Source of the DNA: Massilicoli timonensis
GTDB taxonomy: Bacteria; Bacillota_I; Bacilli_A; Erysipelotrichales; Erysipelotrichaceae
Assembly (NCBI RefSeq): GCF_900199515.1
Contig: NZ_LT963432.1
Span: forward strand, 30,001-62,000
Reading direction: 5' to 3'
DNA: 32,000 bases
The translations under genes and the position numbers were made by a program. Every line of letters begins with the position of its first letter. Within the stretch, counting starts at the first letter, position 1. The notes under the pieces are model-generated. The model had not been told where the DNA came from, ran no database searches, and was given only the letters and a program-made list of their open reading frames with translations. Positions 1 through 9,354 of this stretch are shown here, one piece after another.

Positions 1-1585
1 AAATATCGTATTCCTGATTTTCAAACTGTTCCAACAAACGCTCATGCGCGTCTTTTTGCGTGGTCGTATCTCGATCCATCCGCAGCACGCGAATGCCCGG
101 CAGTAAAGATAACAGCGCTTCTTCCATGCGCTGGGTGCCATAGCCGATGTATTCAAAGCTCTGTGTCGCATGACAGTTTGGGCAAGCTGTCGGCACAGCC
201 GTCATCGTATCGCAAATATGGCATTTTAAGACCTGCTTTTGCTTATGATACGCCATCGCACTGTCACAGTGCGGACAATGCAGGACTTCTCCGCACTCCC
301 CACAGCGCAAGATCGGGGTATGCCCGCGCCGATTCAGAAGCAAAATGACCTGTTCCTTGCGCATGACACACTGTTCGATCGCTTCTTTCAGCGCCGGTGC
401 GATCAAATGATGGGCGCCCTTTCGCATACTGCCTTTCATATCGACCAGATCGATCTTTGGCATTTGCTTGTTGATCCGCTCTTTTAAGCTTACCAAGCCA
501 TACACCTGCTTATAAGCACGCGCATACGATTCCAAAGAAGGCGTCGCACTGCCCAAAAGCACTTTGCAGTGATGATAGCGCCCACGCCACAGCGCCACAT
601 CCCGACAATGGTAACGCGGCGATTGATCTTGCTTATAACTATTATCATGTTCTTCATCCATAACGATCAATCCCAGCTTCGCAAACGGCATGAAAACCGC
701 GCTTCTGGTACCGACCACGATATGTACGCGGCCCTTTGCCACCAGCTGATACTGTTCATATTTCTGCTGAGGAGACAGCCCTGAATGATAGATCGCCACA
801 TCCGCACCAAAACGCATCGTGACCCGCTTGACCATCTGCGGAGTCAAAGCGATCTCCGGTACCAGCAATAAAACCGTTTCCCCCGCTTCTACCACTTCCT
901 GTGCCAACTGCAGATACAGTTCCGTCTTGCCGCTGCCCGTCATGCCGTGCAGCAAGACCACATCCTGCTTCGCCGCTTTGATTTCCGCAAACGCCTTTTC
1001 CTGCGCAGCGCTCAGCTTTTTTTTGACATCCAGCCGTTCTCCCTGCAGCAGCGCTTCCTTTTCACACAGCAGCTCCCGAAAGCAGCCTTCCTTGATCAGT
1101 CTGGTGCCCACACTTTTATATAACATCAAAAATTCCCGCTTTGAGATCGACTGCAATACTTTCATCTCATCCAGCACTTCCAGCTGCCGTTTGGTCGGAT
1201 TGCGCTTGTGCATCACGTATTCGATCCATGTTTCAAATACGACCTTGTCCTTATGCGAACGCGGCTTGATCTTACTTGGCAGCATCGCCTGAAAACAGGA
1301 AATCATCGGTGCGACATAGTGATAAGACATCTGCTTTGCCAAAGCGAACAATTCCTCGTTAATAAGCGGTTTCTCATCCAGCACTTCATAGACCGCCTTT
1401 AGCTGATAGCGCCCTTCATAGCGTTCCACTTCTTCCACGTGATCGACAAAACCGACGCTCAAACGATTCCCAAAAGGCACCTTGACCCGCATCCCTCTTT
1501 CCACCGGCAGATCTTGGCAGTCATAAGTAAAGGTATGATTTAAGGATAACGTCTGATATTCCAGATAGACATGTGCCAGTTTCAT
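1..1585 (-). CDS. priA: Primosomal protein N' / replication-restart helicase PriA (first ~528 codons; 3' end lies beyond the window)
   Basis: Absent from the ORF track because no stop codon lies in the window. Manual minus-strand translation from the ATG at 1585 gives MKLAHVYLEYQTLSLNHTFTYDC... It shows Walker A VLLHGMTGSGKTE (958-920), a DEEH box LIVMDEEHDN (670-641) and zinc-finger cysteines CGECGEVLHCPHCDSAMAYH...CHICD...CPNC (~330-160). The + strand ORFs at 163-1402 are antisense to this frame. Confidence 0.85.
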   Translation of the reverse strand, partial: MKLAHVYLEYQTLSLNHTFTYDCQDLPVERGMRVKVPFGNRLSVGFVDHVEEVERYEGRYQLKAVYEVLDEKPLINEELFALAKQMSYHYVAPMISCFQAMLPSKIKPRSHKDKVVFETWIEYVMHKRNPTKRQLEVLDEMKVLQSISKREFLMLYKSVGTRLIKEGCFRELLCEKEALLQGERLDVKKKLSAAQEKAFAEIKAAKQDVVLLHGMTGSGKTELYLQLAQEVVEAGETVLLLVPEIALTPQMVKRVTMRFGADVAIYHSGLSPQQKYEQYQLVAKGRVHIVVGTRSAVFMPFAKLGLIVMDEEHDNSYKQDQSPRYHCRDVALWRGRYHHCKVLLGSATPSLESYARAYKQVYGLVSLKERINKQMPKIDLVDMKGSMRKGAHHLIAPALKEAIEQCVMRKEQVILLLNRRGHTPILRCGECGEVLHCPHCDSAMAYHKQKQVLKCHICDTMTAVPTACPNCHATQSFEYIGYGTQRMEEALLSLLPGIRVLRMDRDTTTQKDAHERLLEQFENQEYDI

Positions 1586-1823
1586 CTCTTCACGCTCGCT
1601 TTCCATCGCTTATTATACTAAAATTCCCGGCGCAAGTAAACCAAACGAAAACCGCTCTACATCAAACACTTTCAAATAATTTGCACATTTCTTTCAAAAA
1701 AAGATGCAAATTTTACATTTTTCCTTGATTGCCCGCTCATTTTTGTGTATCCTATATAGTATATTGGTAGAAAGCCAATCGACAGACAGTCAATCGTTTT
1801 TATGATAACAGGAGGAATGAGTT

Positions 1824-2696
1824 ATGGATTTTACAAAATGTCAAAGCGTATGGAAAGCGTACGGCGGCTCACTGCCGAAAAATGCAATTATCTATAACGA
1901 TACATTGTATATGGTAAAAACGCCAAGGACTGTCTTCAACCGCTCTGCCAATCAGGATCAATACATCAATCAGATCTATGCCGAGCATCTGTGCTGCATG
2001 ATCATACATGCATTAGGCTATGACGTACAGGAAACGATCTTAGGCACATATGGCGCCAAAGTAGCGGTTGCCTGCAAGGATTTTACCGATGATGAATATG
2101 AATTAGAAGAATTCAGCCATATCAAGAATGCGGTCAATGACTGCAAGTATTCAGGCAAAAGCGTGGATATTGACGATATTTTGACTGCCTTAAAGCACCA
2201 GTCGCTGATCGAACCGCACATTTTAGAAGAATATTTCTGGGATCAGTTCATCTTAGATGCGTTCTTTGGCAATGTCGATCGCTACAATGAAAACTGGGGC
2301 ATCTTAAAAAACAGCCGCACCGATGAAGTGAAGCCGGCGCCGATCTATGACTGTGCTTCTTCTATGGATTTCAATCTCAGTGAAGCACAGATCGAGGAGC
2401 TGCTTGCTTCCCCATTGCAGATGAAGCTGTATGTCTTATCTACCCATTCGGTGATGACCCACCGGGGCAAAGACATCAACTATGCGTCATTCATCGCTTC
2501 TCATGCCTATGCGGGCTGTACGAAAGCGTTATTGAAGTTTATGGAACGTGTGGATTTTCATATGATCCATGCATTGATCGATTCCCTTCCCGATGTTTCG
2601 CAAATACGCAGACAGTTTTATAAAAGCGTATTAGAAGAGCGTTATCATTGGATCATGGAAGCAGCGCGTTCTCACTATCGAAGGAGATTCAGCTAA
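1824..2696 (+). CDS. HipA-like (HipA_C-type) putative Ser/Thr kinase, stand-alone
   Basis: 290-aa ORF preceded by AGGAGGAATGAGTT-ATG. The catalytic-loop-like motif GNVDRYNENWG (2268-2300) resembles the HipA_C motif GN.DRH..N. A downstream PIYDCASS (from ~2340) resembles the P.YD Mg-binding segment. It is the only + strand gene between gmk and priA. Confidence 0.6.
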   Translation: MDFTKCQSVWKAYGGSLPKNAIIYNDTLYMVKTPRTVFNRSANQDQYINQIYAEHLCCMIIHALGYDVQETILGTYGAKVAVACKDFTDDEYELEEFSHIKNAVNDCKYSGKSVDIDDILTALKHQSLIEPHILEEYFWDQFILDAFFGNVDRYNENWGILKNSRTDEVKPAPIYDCASSMDFNLSEAQIEELLASPLQMKLYVLSTHSVMTHRGKDINYASFIASHAYAGCTKALLKFMERVDFHMIHALIDSLPDVSQIRRQFYKSVLEERYHWIMEAARSHYRRRFS

Positions 2697-2733
2697 TTAA
2701 AACTGGATGCGTATGAAACAAAAAGGGATAACC

Positions 2734-2760
2734 GGCATATCGTTATGATGTGCCTTTTTT
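2734..2760 (+). terminator. Rho-independent terminator of the HipA-like gene
   Basis: GGCATAT-cgttatg-ATGTGCC (7-bp stem with one G-U pair) followed by TTTTTT. Confidence 0.55.
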
Positions 2761-2770
2761 CTGCCTGTAA

Positions 2771-2798
2771 AACAAAAAAAGACGAAGTGAATCGTCTT
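2771..2798 (-). terminator. Rho-independent terminator of gmk
   Basis: Minus strand reads AAGACGA-ttcact-TCGTCTT followed by TTTTTTTGTT, directly after the gmk stop codon. Confidence 0.7.
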
Positions 2799-3361
2799 TA
2801 CATATTGCGTTTGATGATCAAAGCGATCACATCGGCAGCTAACTGCGGATCGTCGTTGCATACAACATATTTATAGTCTTTCACCATCTTCATTTCCCGC
2901 TGGGCCTTTGCCAAACGCTGTTGAATGATCTCCTCCGGTTCACTGCGTCTGCCGCGGATACGGTTTTCCAGTTCTTCCATGCTCGGCGGAATCATAAAGA
3001 TCGTAACGGCATCCGGACATTTCTCCTTGACCTGCGTGCAGCCCTGTACTTCAATTTCCAGGATCACATTTTTCCCCGCTTCGCGCAAACGCTCTACTTC
3101 CTTTAGCGGCGTGCCGTAGTAATTGCCGACAAACTCTGCCCATTCCAGCAGTTCGCCGTTTTCGATCGCCTGTTCAAAATGCGCCTTGTCAGTAAAGAAA
3201 TAATCGATTCCCTCTACTTCTCCTGCTCTTGGCTGACGCGTTGTCATAGAAGTGGAATATACAAGGTTCAATTCCTCATTTTGCATAAAATACTGTCTGA
3301 CGGTTCCCTTGCCGACACCGCTGGGACCGGAAAGTACGATCAGTAATCCTTTCTTCATCAT
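2798..3361 (-). CDS. gmk: Guanylate kinase
   Basis: P-loop LSGPSGVGKGT and TTRQPRAGEVEGIDYFF. Start moved to the internal ATGATG at 3361, which has GCGGGGTG 5 nt upstream; the 25-codon extension in the ORF track has no RBS. Confidence 0.9.
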   Translation of the reverse strand: MMKKGLLIVLSGPSGVGKGTVRQYFMQNEELNLVYSTSMTTRQPRAGEVEGIDYFFTDKAHFEQAIENGELLEWAEFVGNYYGTPLKEVERLREAGKNVILEIEVQGCTQVKEKCPDAVTIFMIPPSMEELENRIRGRRSEPEEIIQQRLAKAQREMKMVKDYKYVVCNDDPQLAADVIALIIKRNM

Positions 3362-3547
3362 ATTGCACCCCGCTTTTTTAATTATTTTACCGTTCCCTAT
3401 CATGCTTGTCAAAAGTTTTTTCATAAATATTCCCATATTCGTTTTCCTAATTGAAGCCCATCTTGATGAAATTGTTTCATTTGTGATTGAAAATTGTGCG
3501 AATCCACTATCCTGTGCTATAATATTGCCCTGAAATGAGGTGTTTTT

Positions 3548-5206
3548 ATGGCATTAGACGGTGTGATCCTGCATCAGATCAATCAGCAGTTAAAAAGCAT
3601 GCTGCCGGCTAAGATCAATAAGATCCAGCAGCTCTCGGACTGTGAGTTTTTATTTACGCTCCGCAGCAATCATCAAAACAGACGGCTGCTGATCTCGGCG
3701 CACAGTGTATATAACCGCATCAACCTGACGCAATTATCTTATACGACTTTAGAGATCCCCAATAATTTTTTAATGGTGCTGCGCAAGCATATTGACGGCG
3801 GCATCATTTTATCCTGTGAGCAGGAGGGACTGGATCGCATCTTGAAAATGCAGGTGGAAACGCATAATGAATTGGGCGATCGGCGCAGCATCACGCTCAT
3901 GATCGAACTGATGGGAAAATACGCGAATCTGATCTTGGTCGATGAAGACGGCAAGATCATCGACGCCTTAAAGCGCATTCCCCCTTTTGAAAACAGCAAA
4001 CGACTGATCCTGCCGCAGGCATTGTTTGTACCGGTGGAAAAGCAAAAGGAAAAAAGCGATCCGTTTCAGGCGACGCAGATCGACGTTCAGCGTTCTTTGG
4101 TCAAACAGTTTTCCGGCTTTTCTCCGCTTCTCGCAAGCGAGGTGGAATATCGTATGCAAAACAAACAGGATTTTGGCAGCATCCTATCAGAGATCAAAAA
4201 AAGCGATCAGCTTTATTTCACCGATATTGAGGAACAAACTTTTTTCCATGTCATTCCTTTGACCCATTTACAGAAGCCGGCTTACGCGTATCCGATCATG
4301 AAAGGCCTTGATCTGCTCTATCATGATCAGGAAGAAAAAGTACGGATCAAGCAGCAGGCAGGCGATCTGTTTCGACTGGTAAAAAAAGAATTGCATAAAA
4401 ACCGGCAAAAACTGCCGAAGCTGGAGGAAACCCGTAAAGAGGCGCTGGATTGTGATCAGTACCGCATCTACGGCGACCTGCTTTTTTCCTATCAGCATCA
4501 AATTAGGCGCGTTGATCAGGTGCAGCTGCCTTCCTTTGAAACCGGTGAACCAATCAGGATCCCATTGGATCCGAAGCTGGATGCCAAGGGCAATGCGAAT
4601 AAATACTATCAAAAATATCACAAGCACAAGCGTGCGCAAAGCATCGTAGAGGAACAGATCGACCTCTGCGAAAAAGAGATCCGCTATTTTGAAAGGATCG
4701 AGCTGCAGCTTTCACAGGCAGCGATCGAAGATGCCGAGGAAATTCGCAGTGAACTGGCAGCACTGGGCTATCTCCCACAAAAGAAGCAGCAGATCCGCCG
4801 CCGCAAAAAAGCAAGTGTTCCTCATTTTGACACGTATGTATGTGAAGATGGCACGATCTATGTCGGCAAAAACAATCTGCAAAACGAATACCTGACATGG
4901 ACGCTCGCCCATAAAGAAGATTACTGGCTGCATGCCAAAGATCTGCATGGCGCCCATGTCGTCATCAAATGTGAAACACTGAGCGAATCACTGCTGCGCA
5001 GCGCGGCACTGTTGGCGGCATGGTATTCCAAGGGGCGCTATTCTTCCAGCGTACCGATCAACTATACGAAGATCAGGACCTTAAAGCGGATCAAAGGCGC
5101 AAAAAACGGTTTGGTCGCATTAAGCAGTTATCAAACCATTTACATCGATCCAAGCAAGGAAGCGATACAAGCATTAAACGACGCTTATTTGAAGCAAACA
5201 CACTGA
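3548..5206 (+). CDS. rqcH: Ribosome quality-control protein RqcH (NFACT / FbpA-DUF814 family, YloA-like)
   Basis: 552 aa. The N-terminus MALDGVILHQINQQLKSMLPAKINKIQQ is typical of NFACT-N. There is a central coiled-coil region and a C-terminal NFACT-R motif LHAKDLHGAHVVIK. RBS GAGGTG lies upstream. Confidence 0.8.
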   Translation: MALDGVILHQINQQLKSMLPAKINKIQQLSDCEFLFTLRSNHQNRRLLISAHSVYNRINLTQLSYTTLEIPNNFLMVLRKHIDGGIILSCEQEGLDRILKMQVETHNELGDRRSITLMIELMGKYANLILVDEDGKIIDALKRIPPFENSKRLILPQALFVPVEKQKEKSDPFQATQIDVQRSLVKQFSGFSPLLASEVEYRMQNKQDFGSILSEIKKSDQLYFTDIEEQTFFHVIPLTHLQKPAYAYPIMKGLDLLYHDQEEKVRIKQQAGDLFRLVKKELHKNRQKLPKLEETRKEALDCDQYRIYGDLLFSYQHQIRRVDQVQLPSFETGEPIRIPLDPKLDAKGNANKYYQKYHKHKRAQSIVEEQIDLCEKEIRYFERIELQLSQAAIEDAEEIRSELAALGYLPQKKQQIRRRKKASVPHFDTYVCEDGTIYVGKNNLQNEYLTWTLAHKEDYWLHAKDLHGAHVVIKCETLSESLLRSAALLAAWYSKGRYSSSVPINYTKIRTLKRIKGAKNGLVALSSYQTIYIDPSKEAIQALNDAYLKQTH

Positions 5207-5233
5207 CGTCTGTCTAAACGGCAGACGTTTTTA
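5206..5233 (+). terminator. Rho-independent terminator of rqcH
   Basis: ACGTCTG-tctaaacgg-CAGACGT followed by TTTTTAT, overlapping the stop codon. Confidence 0.7.
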
Positions 5234-5238
5234 TCTTA

Positions 5239-5261
5239 TAAAAAAGCAGTCCTTCGACTGC
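5239..5261 (-). terminator. Rho-independent terminator of the cydDC-ygbA-DUF454 transcription unit
   Basis: Minus strand reads GCAGTC-gaag-GACTGC followed by TTTTTT. Confidence 0.65.
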
Positions 5262-5267
5262 GTAGCA

Positions 5268-5633
5268 TCATTCTTGGATCGTGCGTACCCGCCACAAGAT
5301 AAAATATGCATGGGCAACATAGATCAGCACCAGTACGATCTGCGCAAGCAATACCTGATGCATCATGACAAAACCGATGCTCATCAAAAGGGTAACGGTC
5401 GCCATCGCTTTGATCTTCGTGCGTCTGCTCATGCCTTTCCCCTTCACTGCCGCTTTGACATATTTCTGATAAAGCGCACTGTTTTCCAGTTTTTGACGCA
5501 GGCGTTCGCTGCTTTTAGAAAAGCAAAACATCGCCAACAGATAGAATGGCACTGTCGGCAAGATCGGCAGAAACGCCCCTGCCGTTCCAAGGGCAAAGCT
5601 GATACAGCCGACCATCAGATAAATATACTTCAT
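5268..5633 (-). CDS. DUF454 (YbaN-like) small inner-membrane protein
   Basis: 121 aa. GTAGAFLPILPTVPFYLLAMFCFSKSSERL is the characteristic DUF454 N-terminal motif. Two hydrophobic hairpins. The ATG overlaps the upstream stop by 4 nt (ATGA). Confidence 0.7.
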   Translation of the reverse strand: MKYIYLMVGCISFALGTAGAFLPILPTVPFYLLAMFCFSKSSERLRQKLENSALYQKYVKAAVKGKGMSRRTKIKAMATVTLLMSIGFVMMHQVLLAQIVLVLIYVAHAYFILWRVRTIQE

Positions 5634-5968
5634 TTTTCTCGCTCCAATCTTCTTTTTTCTTGTATTGAGGAAATCACGTGGTGCACTGCCATCAGCGGGT
5701 GGTGAAGCAGCATCCGCGGACCGCTGTAACGCATGATGGCTTTGATCTGTTCCCGTTTTGTTTTCTCATAGCAGTGGACCCGGCAGTTTGAACAAAAAGT
5801 CTTGCTTTCCATAAAAGGACAAAGATCAATGCGCCGATGCGCATAAGCAAGCAGTTCTTCACAATCCTCACACAAGCCCTTTTCCCGGTGGTGATCGTTA
5901 CAGTAAATACGGATCATCTGGGCGACCACCTTTTTTTCTTTTGCCCTTTTTTTGCTTACTGCTCGCAT
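5630..5968 (-). CDS. Nitrous-oxide-stimulated-promoter family (YgbA-like) Cys-rich protein
   Basis: 112 aa with IYCNDHH...LCEDCEELLAYAHRRIDLCPF...KTFCSNCRVHCY, the Cys/His pattern of the YgbA_NO family. Overlaps the cydC 3' end by 13 nt. Confidence 0.65.
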   Translation of the reverse strand: MRAVSKKRAKEKKVVAQMIRIYCNDHHREKGLCEDCEELLAYAHRRIDLCPFMESKTFCSNCRVHCYEKTKREQIKAIMRYSGPRMLLHHPLMAVHHVISSIQEKRRLEREK

Positions 5969-7620
5969 GGCTTCCAGCCTTTTTCTACATTGATGATCGT
6001 ATCGGCCAGCTTCATCGTAGAAGCACGATGGGATACTAATACAACGCTGCGCTTTTGTTCATCCTGTGCTAAGGCAAGTAAGATCTTTGCTTCATTCAGA
6101 CTGTCTAAGTTGCTGGTCGGTTCATCCAGAAACAAAAGCGGCGCATCATGTAAAAATGCTCTTGCTAAACCGATCCGCTGTTTTTCTCCGCCGGATAAAG
6201 AATCACCCAGTTCGCTTGCCATCGTATCATAGCCCTTTGGCAAAGAACAGATATGTTCATGGATATGTGCTTTTTTACAGGCGGCGATCACTTCTTCAGC
6301 AGTTGCATCTGCTTTGGCAATGCGGATGTTTTCAAACAGCGTATCATGAAACAAATGCGTTTCCTGCGTCATATAGGATTGCTTTTGACGCAGTGCCTTG
6401 GTATTGATCTTTTTTACATCGACATCGCCTAATAGGATCTTGCCCTGTTCGACATCCCAAAAACGCATCAGCAGCTTTAACAGCGTCGATTTCCCGCATC
6501 CGCTGCGTCCATATAGTCCGATCGTTTTACCGAAAGGAACTTGCAGCGATACATCCTTTAAGATCATTTCCTCTTCATAAGCAAAACAAATGTGATCGAC
6601 CTGCATCTCGCTGCCGCTGACCCACTTGCCGGCGTGTACTTCTTCCACCTGCGGCGTTTCCTCTAACAGCGATAAGACCCGCTCGCCCGCCGCGAAGGTC
6701 TGCTGAAGCGTCGTTCCCAGATTCGCCAAAGCGACTACCGGGCCAAAGGAAGAAAACAGCAGGATAAAGGCAAGCAGCACCTGTGCAAAAGAAACGATCT
6801 GCTGCTCATACAGATAAGCACCGAGCACAAAGATGCCCATAGAAAGCGCCATGATGCAGACATTCGTCATGCCCATCGCTTTGCCGCTTGCTTTTTTGAA
6901 TTGTTCATCTAAGGCGTTCAGCTCAACAAAACGCTCCTTCAATGTCCATAGCAAAGGCTGTTGCTGCTGATACTGCAGCACTTCCTGCAGCCCTCTCAAA
7001 CGATCCAGCACAAAAGAAGAAAGCGCCCCGCTTGCCTGCCGCTGCCGCATGCCGATGTCTTTCGTCATTTTTGAGATCCGCATCGGCAAAACGATACCGA
7101 CGATGACATAGGAAGCAAACGCCCATAAGGCAAACAGCGGATGAAACTGGTAAAAGAGGATGACCAATACCAAAGAAACAAAGAAAGCAATGGCGATCGG
7201 TGAAAGGGTATGCGCATAAAATACTTCTAACAGCTCGATATCTGCCGTGATCACCGCAATCAGATCGCCTTTTCCTTTCCCTTCCAGCTTCGCCGGACAA
7301 AGCTTGCGAAGGGCCGCAAACACTTGTTCTCGTATTTGTGCCAACAGATGGAAAGCGATATAGTGATTGCATGCCTGCTCCCCATAGCGCAAGAATCCGC
7401 GCACAAATGCCATCACCAAAAGCAGTACGCTGCATATCGTAAAGCTAAGGGAGAAGGAAAAACCAAGAAGTGTCAGCAGCATCATCGACGCCCACAGCGT
7501 TAAAAGGATCGAACAGAGAAAACCGATCACACCTAACAGGATCGCTAAGCTCATATAACCGTACATTCCATTCATAAACCGCAATAATCCGCGCATGATC
7601 TTAACATTGCTTCGCTTCAT
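5956..7620 (-). CDS. cydC: ABC exporter, fused permease/ATPase, CydC-like (thiol reductant exporter subunit)
   Basis: 554 aa. N-terminal 6-TM domain, Walker A GRSGCGKSTL, signature LSGGEKQRIGLARAF, Walker B LLFLDEPTS. Overlaps the cydD stop by 20 nt. Confidence 0.7.
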   Translation of the reverse strand: MKRSNVKIMRGLLRFMNGMYGYMSLAILLGVIGFLCSILLTLWASMMLLTLLGFSFSLSFTICSVLLLVMAFVRGFLRYGEQACNHYIAFHLLAQIREQVFAALRKLCPAKLEGKGKGDLIAVITADIELLEVFYAHTLSPIAIAFFVSLVLVILFYQFHPLFALWAFASYVIVGIVLPMRISKMTKDIGMRQRQASGALSSFVLDRLRGLQEVLQYQQQQPLLWTLKERFVELNALDEQFKKASGKAMGMTNVCIMALSMGIFVLGAYLYEQQIVSFAQVLLAFILLFSSFGPVVALANLGTTLQQTFAAGERVLSLLEETPQVEEVHAGKWVSGSEMQVDHICFAYEEEMILKDVSLQVPFGKTIGLYGRSGCGKSTLLKLLMRFWDVEQGKILLGDVDVKKINTKALRQKQSYMTQETHLFHDTLFENIRIAKADATAEEVIAACKKAHIHEHICSLPKGYDTMASELGDSLSGGEKQRIGLARAFLHDAPLLFLDEPTSNLDSLNEAKILLALAQDEQKRSVVLVSHRASTMKLADTIINVEKGWKPCEQ

Positions 7621-9343
7621 TTAGATACGCTCCTTTCTCTAAATACTGCTGGGTATGCCACATCTTGGCATATAATCCCGCTTTGGCTAATAATTCTTCG
7701 TGCGTGCCGCTTTCTTTGATCCGCCCTTTTTCCAACACATGGATCACATCACATTCCTGTACATTTGCCAGACGGTGAGAAATGATCAAGGTCGTTTTTT
7801 GCTTCGACAATGCCTTGATCTGTTCATTGATGATGGTTTCACTTTCCACATCAATATTAGAAGTAGCTTCATCAAACAGGTAAATGCTACTGTTATGCAA
7901 CAGCGCTCTGGCCAAGGCAAGACGCTGACACTGCCCGCCGGAGAGATTGCCTCCCTTTTCCCGCAGTACAAACGACAAACCGCCCTGAGATCGGATAAAA
8001 GCATCCAGATCCACCTGTTTTAACACTTCCCACAGCTTTGCATCATCGGCATCAGGATCGGCTGCCAGCAGGTTTTCCCGTACACTTCCCGCAAACAGAT
8101 AGCTGTTGTGTGACACCAGGGTAACCTGTCGATAAAACGCTGCCTGTTTGATCTTTGCCAATGGGATATCATTCAGTTTGATCAAGCCCTGATCAGCGCT
8201 GCGCTTGCCCATAAGCAAAGAGGCAATCGTACTTTTCCCACTGCCGCTCTCGCCAACGACCGCCACGCTTTTGCCTTTTTGTAACACCAGCGATACATCT
8301 TCTAAGATCGGCACTTCTTTCTCATAAGCAAAGGAAACATGCTCCATTACCAATTCCTTTGCTTCCGCGATATCCTGTTCTCCATCTTCTCCTTCTTGCA
8401 GATCTAACAGGGCAAACATGCGATCTGACGCTGCCATGCCGTTCATCGCAATATGGAAATAAGAGCCAAGCGTGCGCATCGGCAGAAAAAACTCGGCCGA
8501 TACCAGAAAGAATAAGATCGCCGCACTGATGGAAAGCTGTCCGCTTTGGTACTGATACAGCGCGCACAACATGCCGATCGCCGCTCCGCCAAACGCCACG
8601 ATATCCATGATCGTAATGGAATTAAGCTGCATGATCAGTACCCGCATCGTTACCCTGCGAAAAGTTTCCGCCTCTTCTTTCATCTGCTGCTGCTTTCGTG
8701 CATCTGCCTCATAGATCTTCAAGGTCGTCATTCCCTGCAGATTTTCCAGAAAATGATCGCCCATCGTCGTGTATTGTCCCCAGTATTTGGCTAAAAGCCG
8801 CTTTGCCAGCTTTTGTACGACAACGATCGACAGCGGAATGAGCGGTACACAAATCAGCAATACCAGCGCTGCCTGCCATGATAAAAAGGCCAATGCGCCA
8901 AATAAAGTAAGCGGCGCCAGCATACTGTAAAAAAACTGCGGCAGATACATGCCAAAATACGTTTCCAGCTGAGTGATGCCTTCTACGCTCACCTGTACGA
9001 TTTCACTGGTCGCAACCTTTTCATGATAAGCGCTGCCTAAGCGAAACAGCTTCTCCATGATCTTGATGCGCAGTTTTTCTTTCACATCTCGGGCAGCCAG
9101 TTCACTGTATTTCATCAGCAAAACATTGCCGAAATAGCGTACCAAAAGCAATATGCCAAATACCAAAACACTGATGGCAAGCGCTGCTGCTGTCAGTTCT
9201 CTTTTATATAATCGTTCCAGCATCCATGCGAAGATCCCCATCATGCCCACATTCATCACGAGCATGATCCACTGACATCCCACATGATACTTTACATAGC
9301 GCAGGGAATCCCCTGCCTCTTTTATCAATCTTCGGTTGATCAT
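7601..9343 (-). CDS. cydD: ABC exporter, fused permease/ATPase, CydD-like (thiol reductant exporter subunit)
   Basis: 580 aa. The TM domain carries the CydD-typical YFGMYLPQFF segment. Walker A GESGSGKST, signature LSGGQCQRLALARALL, Walker B IYLFDEATS. Confidence 0.7.
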   Translation of the reverse strand: MINRRLIKEAGDSLRYVKYHVGCQWIMLVMNVGMMGIFAWMLERLYKRELTAAALAISVLVFGILLLVRYFGNVLLMKYSELAARDVKEKLRIKIMEKLFRLGSAYHEKVATSEIVQVSVEGITQLETYFGMYLPQFFYSMLAPLTLFGALAFLSWQAALVLLICVPLIPLSIVVVQKLAKRLLAKYWGQYTTMGDHFLENLQGMTTLKIYEADARKQQQMKEEAETFRRVTMRVLIMQLNSITIMDIVAFGGAAIGMLCALYQYQSGQLSISAAILFFLVSAEFFLPMRTLGSYFHIAMNGMAASDRMFALLDLQEGEDGEQDIAEAKELVMEHVSFAYEKEVPILEDVSLVLQKGKSVAVVGESGSGKSTIASLLMGKRSADQGLIKLNDIPLAKIKQAAFYRQVTLVSHNSYLFAGSVRENLLAADPDADDAKLWEVLKQVDLDAFIRSQGGLSFVLREKGGNLSGGQCQRLALARALLHNSSIYLFDEATSNIDVESETIINEQIKALSKQKTTLIISHRLANVQECDVIHVLEKGRIKESGTHEELLAKAGLYAKMWHTQQYLEKGAYLNEAKQC

Positions 9344-9354
9344 CTTTTCACTCT

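Noticed and set aside
163-1402. Five + strand ORFs (61-157 aa) listed at the left edge
   Set aside because: They are antisense to an uninterrupted minus-strand frame with clear PriA motifs (Walker A, DEEH box, zinc fingers). Their products are low-complexity, Ser/Cys/Arg-rich and without RBSs.
3362-3436. Upstream extensions of gmk. The same issue applies to the SIS gene (29348-29440), the LUD gene (14201-14254) and pfkA (31928-31942).
   Set aside because: In each case a strong SD sequence sits in front of an internal ATG that matches the family N-terminus, and none precedes the longest-ORF ATG.
6923-7435. 170-aa minus-strand ORF, plus other out-of-frame or antisense ORFs inside cydC, cydD, clpB, pyk, the permeases and the aminopeptidase gene
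   Set aside because: All lie entirely within well-supported longer genes in alternative frames. They have Ala/Arg/Ser/Cys-rich low-complexity translations typical of off-frame reading, and none has an RBS.
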